A DNA stretch of 10,581 nt from Deltaproteobacteria bacterium TL4 (GTDB lineage: Bacteria > SAR324 > NAC60-12). A model generated the notes under the pieces. It did no database searches. It was not told where the DNA came from and saw only the letters and a list, made by a program, of their open reading frames with translations. Positions 6,509 to 10,581 of this stretch are shown in pieces. The stretch spans positions 1-10,581 of the forward strand of contig JBBCAX010000431.1 of the NCBI GenBank assembly GCA_051382335.1, written 5' to 3'. Positions within the stretch are counted from its first letter, which is position 1. Each line of letters begins with the position of its first letter. The position numbers were made by a program, and so were the translations under genes.

Positions 6509-7558
6509 ATGAAGTTGCTGAACAAAACTCTTTTGACCGGACTCGCCACATTATGGGGCGTTTCTTTGGCAAATGCCGAAACCTGTCTGGATAAGGATGA
6601 GAACAAGGTCTGTTTTAATGGATACATCGCAGGGGGACTGCAATCGTCATCCTCGGATATAGGAGGTGTTTCAGAATCTACCACGGCCACCCCTACAATC
6701 ACTGAGTTAAATACGATTATTACCCTCAAACCCAATGAGGGATGGACCCCTTCTGCCCGTTTCAAATGGGCAGGCTCAAATGGTATGACTGAATATCGGG
6801 TATGGGCAAATAAGGGTGGGTTCACCCTTTTTGCGGGTCGTGGAAAGATTGAAGATGTCGCAGGTATTGGCGCCTTGGGGAAAGGTAATAATTACACGAC
6901 TCTCTTAGGGAATCTTAGTGTTGCCACTTATGACCAACTGTTGTTGGACAATGATAATCTGGCTTTTGAATACAAGTTCTCTGATACCCTGTTGCTTCGT
7001 GCCGGAGTAAGTGACACGATGTCTGTTGAGACCAAGTCCGTTGCAACAAGCGCCACTAATCCCAAAGGAGAATATCATGTTGAAAGTGAAAAACAGGCAT
7101 TCGGAATGTTTTTGGGCATGGAAGCCGGAACTATGCAATTAGCGGCTGAAGTGGAAATGGCAAATTACGGAGATGCCAGTCTGGTTCCTGATGCGGATGT
7201 TCCCGCAGGAACGCCCATTGAAAATCTTGACTCCGGTACCCATGTAGGATTGGGAATTCAAATTGGAATCAGCAACTTAACTCCATTTTTGAATGTTGAC
7301 TCCTACCATGATGGAACGAATACCGTAACCGGAGTCAATCTGGGGGTTGATTTGAAGTTAACGGAAAAATCAGGATTGTCGGTTGGAGTAGAATCTTATA
7401 ATAGTGGGGTTTCCGGAAGTGATGCGCAAACCTCCGTTTGTTTAGGTGTGATTGCCGGTTTGTTTGGCGATACCAATCTGGGTGTACAAGTTTACAACAA
7501 CAGCAGTGGAGGTGATACAAGTACTCAAGTGACCCTGGAATTCAATACCTACTTTTGA
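6509..7558 (+). CDS. Putative outer-membrane beta-barrel protein (porin-like)
   Basis: Sec signal MKLLNKTLL...SLANA; many alternating amphipathic strands (GVNLGVDLKL, NLGVQVY, TQVTLEFNTYF); terminal Phe (BAM-type signal); no inner-membrane TM helices. AAAGGA at 6498-6503 favours ATG 6509 over 6503. Confidence 0.78.
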   Translation: MKLLNKTLLTGLATLWGVSLANAETCLDKDENKVCFNGYIAGGLQSSSSDIGGVSESTTATPTITELNTIITLKPNEGWTPSARFKWAGSNGMTEYRVWANKGGFTLFAGRGKIEDVAGIGALGKGNNYTTLLGNLSVATYDQLLLDNDNLAFEYKFSDTLLLRAGVSDTMSVETKSVATSATNPKGEYHVESEKQAFGMFLGMEAGTMQLAAEVEMANYGDASLVPDADVPAGTPIENLDSGTHVGLGIQIGISNLTPFLNVDSYHDGTNTVTGVNLGVDLKLTEKSGLSVGVESYNSGVSGSDAQTSVCLGVIAGLFGDTNLGVQVYNNSSGGDTSTQVTLEFNTYF

Positions 7559-7582
7559 GGTAAGTTTATCCCAAGAAACTAC

Positions 7583-7732
7583 GTAGGTTGCCATGTAAAG
7601 GCGAATGATGATTCGCCCCAACAATGGGAATTGGAGAGGATAAACAGTAATTCATGTTGGGTTTCGTTTCACTCTATCCAACAGATTTCCTTGGATTTTT
7701 GTTGGGTTTCACTATCGTTCTACCCAACCTAC
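7583..7732. repeat. REP cluster / REPIN-like element
   Basis: Inverted ends GTAGGTTG (7583-7590) and CAACCTAC (7725-7732). Inside are hairpin ggcgaat-gatg-attcgcc (7600-7617) and two related units gttgggtttc...tatccaac (7656-7682) and gttgggtttc...tacccaacctac (7701-7732). Confidence 0.8.
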
Positions 7733-7764
7733 TCAGGGTTTTGAAACAGCTTCTTAGGAGGAAT

Positions 7765-8892
7765 ATGCGATGGCGTCTGTTGTGGAAATCGCTGGTGGTG
7801 CGCAAAAAACAAGTGGGGTTGGCCTTGAGTGCGGTGTGGATTGGATCTGCCATTATTACCGCTTTAGCGGGCGTGTATTGGGATATTTCACTGAAAATGC
7901 GTCAGGAACTTCGAGCGTATGGAGCCAACCTGTTTGTGGCCTCCAAAAAACAGTCGGAGCATCGTACCTTGGACCCCTTCACAACTGATTCCATTATACA
8001 GGGTCTTTCAGGAAAGACCGTTGCTGGATATTCAGGCTATTTGTACGGCATGGCGCGTTTGGATTTAGGAGAAGCGCTGCTGGTCGGAGTCCAGTTTGAA
8101 AATCTGAGAAAGTTGGTTCCTTATTGGCAAGTGGAGGGGCGCTGGGTGAGTCTGGATTTTGATGAAAGAAGCTGCATGGTAGGATATTCCCTGGCTCAGA
8201 CGATGGAAATGAAGGTGGGCAGCCTCATCACAGTGATGAATCGTGCCACAGGGTTTCATCAACCACTGAAGATCAAGGGGATTGTGGAAACGGGCGGTCA
8301 GGAAGATCAGCAATTGTTTGTCAACCTGTCCTTGGCTCAAAAAATTTTAGGGTTACCCGGTCAAATCCATCATTTGCAATTCAGTATCGTGAGTGATGGC
8401 CATGCCCTCGATCAACAGTTGGAACCCTTGAGACAGCGCTTTCCCCAAGTGGACTTCAAACCGTTGCGTCAGCTTTCTTATGCGGAAGGCAAAATTCTGG
8501 ACAAGATGAAAGGACTCATGGCTCTAATTGCGCTCCTGATTGTCAGCATTACGGCCTTGAGTCTGATGACCACGCTCATGACCATGACGATGCAACGCTC
8601 CAGGGAAATTGGATTGATGAAAGCCCTTGGCGCGGAAAATCGGCAAATTCTGGGACAGTTTTTGGCAGAAATGAGCGTTATTACAGGGATAGGGGTGCTC
8701 TGTGGAATTCTGTTTGGATTTGTCCTGGCACAAATGATTGGTCAAAGCGTGTTCAACGCCTTTATTTCGTTAAGACCTGTTGTCATTCCATTGACGTTTG
8801 GCATTTCTTTACTCACCGCGTTGGTGGCTTCTGTGATTCCTGTCAGAATGATGGTTCATATTCTACCGGAGCAAGTTTTGAAAGGAGAGTGA
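7765..8892 (+). CDS. fetC: ABC transporter permease, MacB/FtsX type (FetC-like)
   Basis: RAYGANL and QRSREIGLMKALGA motifs; paralogous to 5123-6412. Strong RBS AGGAGG (7756-7761) before ATG 7765; the longer 7654 start translates REP DNA. Confidence 0.92.
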   Translation: MRWRLLWKSLVVRKKQVGLALSAVWIGSAIITALAGVYWDISLKMRQELRAYGANLFVASKKQSEHRTLDPFTTDSIIQGLSGKTVAGYSGYLYGMARLDLGEALLVGVQFENLRKLVPYWQVEGRWVSLDFDERSCMVGYSLAQTMEMKVGSLITVMNRATGFHQPLKIKGIVETGGQEDQQLFVNLSLAQKILGLPGQIHHLQFSIVSDGHALDQQLEPLRQRFPQVDFKPLRQLSYAEGKILDKMKGLMALIALLIVSITALSLMTTLMTMTMQRSREIGLMKALGAENRQILGQFLAEMSVITGIGVLCGILFGFVLAQMIGQSVFNAFISLRPVVIPLTFGISLLTALVASVIPVRMMVHILPEQVLKGE

Positions 8893-9644
8893 TCTTTATG
8901 AAACCGGCATCCCTTATCGAATCAGAATTGGGTTCATCATCTGGTTTATCAGATTCTGTTTCCTCCCCTTCTGTTTTAAGAATTGCTAATCTCAGCCAGC
9001 AATTTGGGGCGCTCACCGTTTTGCAGGACATCCATTTTTCCATGTGTTCCGGCGAATGGGTTGCGCTGATGGGACCTTCGGGTTCGGGAAAAACGACCTT
9101 ATTGAATATCCTGGCCTGTTTGAGTGCGCCCAGTCGTGGCACCTATTTTCTGGATGGCTTTGATACGGCGAGCTTAACCGATCAACAACGAGCGGTGGTT
9201 CGCCGAGAAAAAATTGGACTGATTTTCCAGCAATTTCACCTCATTCCCTATTTGACCGCATTGGAAAATATCATGTTGGCTCAACATTATCATAGCGTCT
9301 GTGATGCTCAAGAAGCAGAAAAGATGCTTCAACGAGTAGGCTTAGGGCAGCGGATTCATCATCGTCCCTCACAGCTTTCCGGAGGAGAGCAGCAACGGGT
9401 GTGTATTGCGAGAGCGCTCATCAACGATCCTGCGCTTTTGCTGGCGGATGAACCGACAGGCAATTTGGATGAAGCCAATGAAACCAATATTCTGGGTCTG
9501 TTACGGGAACTGCATCAGGAAGGCAAAACCATTCTTTTAGTCACCCATAACCCTGAGTTAGCTCATTATGCGCAACGTATCATTTACCTCCATCATGGAC
9601 GAATTGAACGGGAGAGTCAGCCCTCTTCCGTGCCTTCCCTTTAA
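8889..9644 (+). CDS. fetD: ABC transporter ATP-binding protein, LolD/MacB type (FetD-like)
   Basis: Walker A GPSGSGKT, Q-loop FQQFHL, signature LSGGEQQRV, Walker B LLLADEPTGNLD, H-loop VTHN. Start is GTG 8889 (overlapping the fetC stop) or ATG 8898. Confidence 0.95.
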   Translation: MIFMKPASLIESELGSSSGLSDSVSSPSVLRIANLSQQFGALTVLQDIHFSMCSGEWVALMGPSGSGKTTLLNILACLSAPSRGTYFLDGFDTASLTDQQRAVVRREKIGLIFQQFHLIPYLTALENIMLAQHYHSVCDAQEAEKMLQRVGLGQRIHHRPSQLSGGEQQRVCIARALINDPALLLADEPTGNLDEANETNILGLLRELHQEGKTILLVTHNPELAHYAQRIIYLHHGRIERESQPSSVPSL

Positions 9645-9648
9645 GCTT

Positions 9649-10170
9649 TTGCAGGACAGGCGTCGCTTGACATCCCTCCAGGTTGGGAGACTCCTGATCC
9701 CTGTGTTGATCTATTTTCTGACGAGTTGTACGCCTCCCCAACGAGGTGTGAAAGAAGGGGAACGTGTGCCGGAGTTAGCCGTGATCGATTTGCAGGGAAC
9801 GGCTATCAAACTGGCTAAGGCAGAAGGAAAGGTGGCGCTTCTGAGTTTTTGGATCAATGGCTGTAGTTCTTGTGTGGAAGAGATGGGACATCTGGAGCGA
9901 GTGCACCAGAAATATCAAAGTCAGGGATTGGAAGTATGGGGAATCAATATAGGGGGAGATGTGGAAAGTGTGGAAGCGTTTGCCCAAAAACTCCATCTAT
10001 CCTTTCCCATGCTGATGGATTCGCTGCAAATTACCGCCGAAAAATATCAGGTGAACGCAGTCCCCACTGTGTTATTGCTGGATCGCCAAGGTCGATTAAA
10101 ACGTAAAATCACAGGCGCTTTTTCCCTCAGAATGCTGGAAAAGGAGCTTCAACTTGCAGGATTTTATTAA
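9649..10170 (+). CDS. TlpA/ResA-like thioredoxin lipoprotein (FetE/FetF-like)
   Basis: WINGCSSC (CxxC), cis-Pro loop AVPT, LLDRQG; lipobox-like FLTSC after a hydrophobic stretch. Start uncertain (TTG 9649 or 9667; 9568 would overlap fetD by 77 bp). Confidence 0.85.
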   Translation: MQDRRRLTSLQVGRLLIPVLIYFLTSCTPPQRGVKEGERVPELAVIDLQGTAIKLAKAEGKVALLSFWINGCSSCVEEMGHLERVHQKYQSQGLEVWGINIGGDVESVEAFAQKLHLSFPMLMDSLQITAEKYQVNAVPTVLLLDRQGRLKRKITGAFSLRMLEKELQLAGFY

Positions 10171-10399
10171 CTCATTCAACTCAAGAAAAAAAAACAATAA
10201 AAAACATAAGGATATCGTTGAGGTGATGACTGAAAAAAAAGTTGGTGACCAAGGGTTACAATGTCGGTTGATGCTACAAACGATAAAAGTAAAAAACAAG
10301 AACCAGCTCAAGTCATATTATTTCCACTGAATGACAATGGGCTTGCTTTTGAAATTCGTGATTTAAATGGGCAAAAAACGCCAGGAATCAAGCTAGCAC

Positions 10400-10571
10400 T
10401 GGGATAGCTAAATTCTAGGGCCTGGGGTATCCCTAGTGATGCTTGGCGTGGTGCTTGCTATCAACCCTATGTTCAGGTGCCTCACAACTTGAGTCATTTG
10501 ATTATTCTGATTATAGTGGGCGCTTTGGCCTATGCCTTGTCAACCTGTCTGATACGGCCTTTATTTATTAA
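10400..10571 (+). pseudogene. Possible frameshifted fragment of a membrane protein (Wzx/MATE-like C terminus)
   Basis: Two adjacent frames give hydrophobic peptides ILGPGVSLVMLGVVLAINP and VQVPHNLSHLIILIIVGALAYALSTCLIRPFIY*; no intact ORF. Confidence 0.25.
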
Positions 10572-10581
10572 AAAACTTTTA

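Noticed and set aside
7655..7732. CRISPR mini-array
   Set aside because: Only two divergent units with a ~17-bp gap, a GTAG-type end, and no cas genes; REP explains it.
7654..7764. Longer N terminus of FetC
   Set aside because: Translates REP sequence; a strong AGGAGG precedes ATG 7765.
10096..10311. 71-aa minus-strand hydrophobic ORF
   Set aside because: Hydrophobicity comes from poly-A tracts; it overlaps the thioredoxin 3' end and has no motif support.

Overview
Most of the window (about 1.13-10.17 kb, + strand) is an FTR1/P19-type (Fet) iron-uptake operon: FTR1 permease fetM, periplasmic P19/FetP, a DUF2318+YHS membrane protein, two MacB/FtsX-type ABC permeases, an ABC ATPase and one TlpA-like thioredoxin lipoprotein. 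It is preceded by a sigma70-like promoter overlapped by a Fur-box-like palindrome. The unusual element is a ~350-aa acidic, signal-peptide-bearing, C-terminal-Phe protein (probable outer-membrane porin) between the two ABC permease genes, followed by a cluster of REP-like palindromes. The first ~1 kb is a nest of mobile-element remnants on the - strand: a REP-like hairpin, a 622-nt internally deleted class IIC group II intron (both ends intact, RT and D3 lost, no bulged branch A in D6), then an IS200/IS605-type right end. Gene names follow the C. jejuni / E. coli F11 fetMP-fetABCDEF nomenclature and rest on motifs and synteny read by eye, not on database searches.
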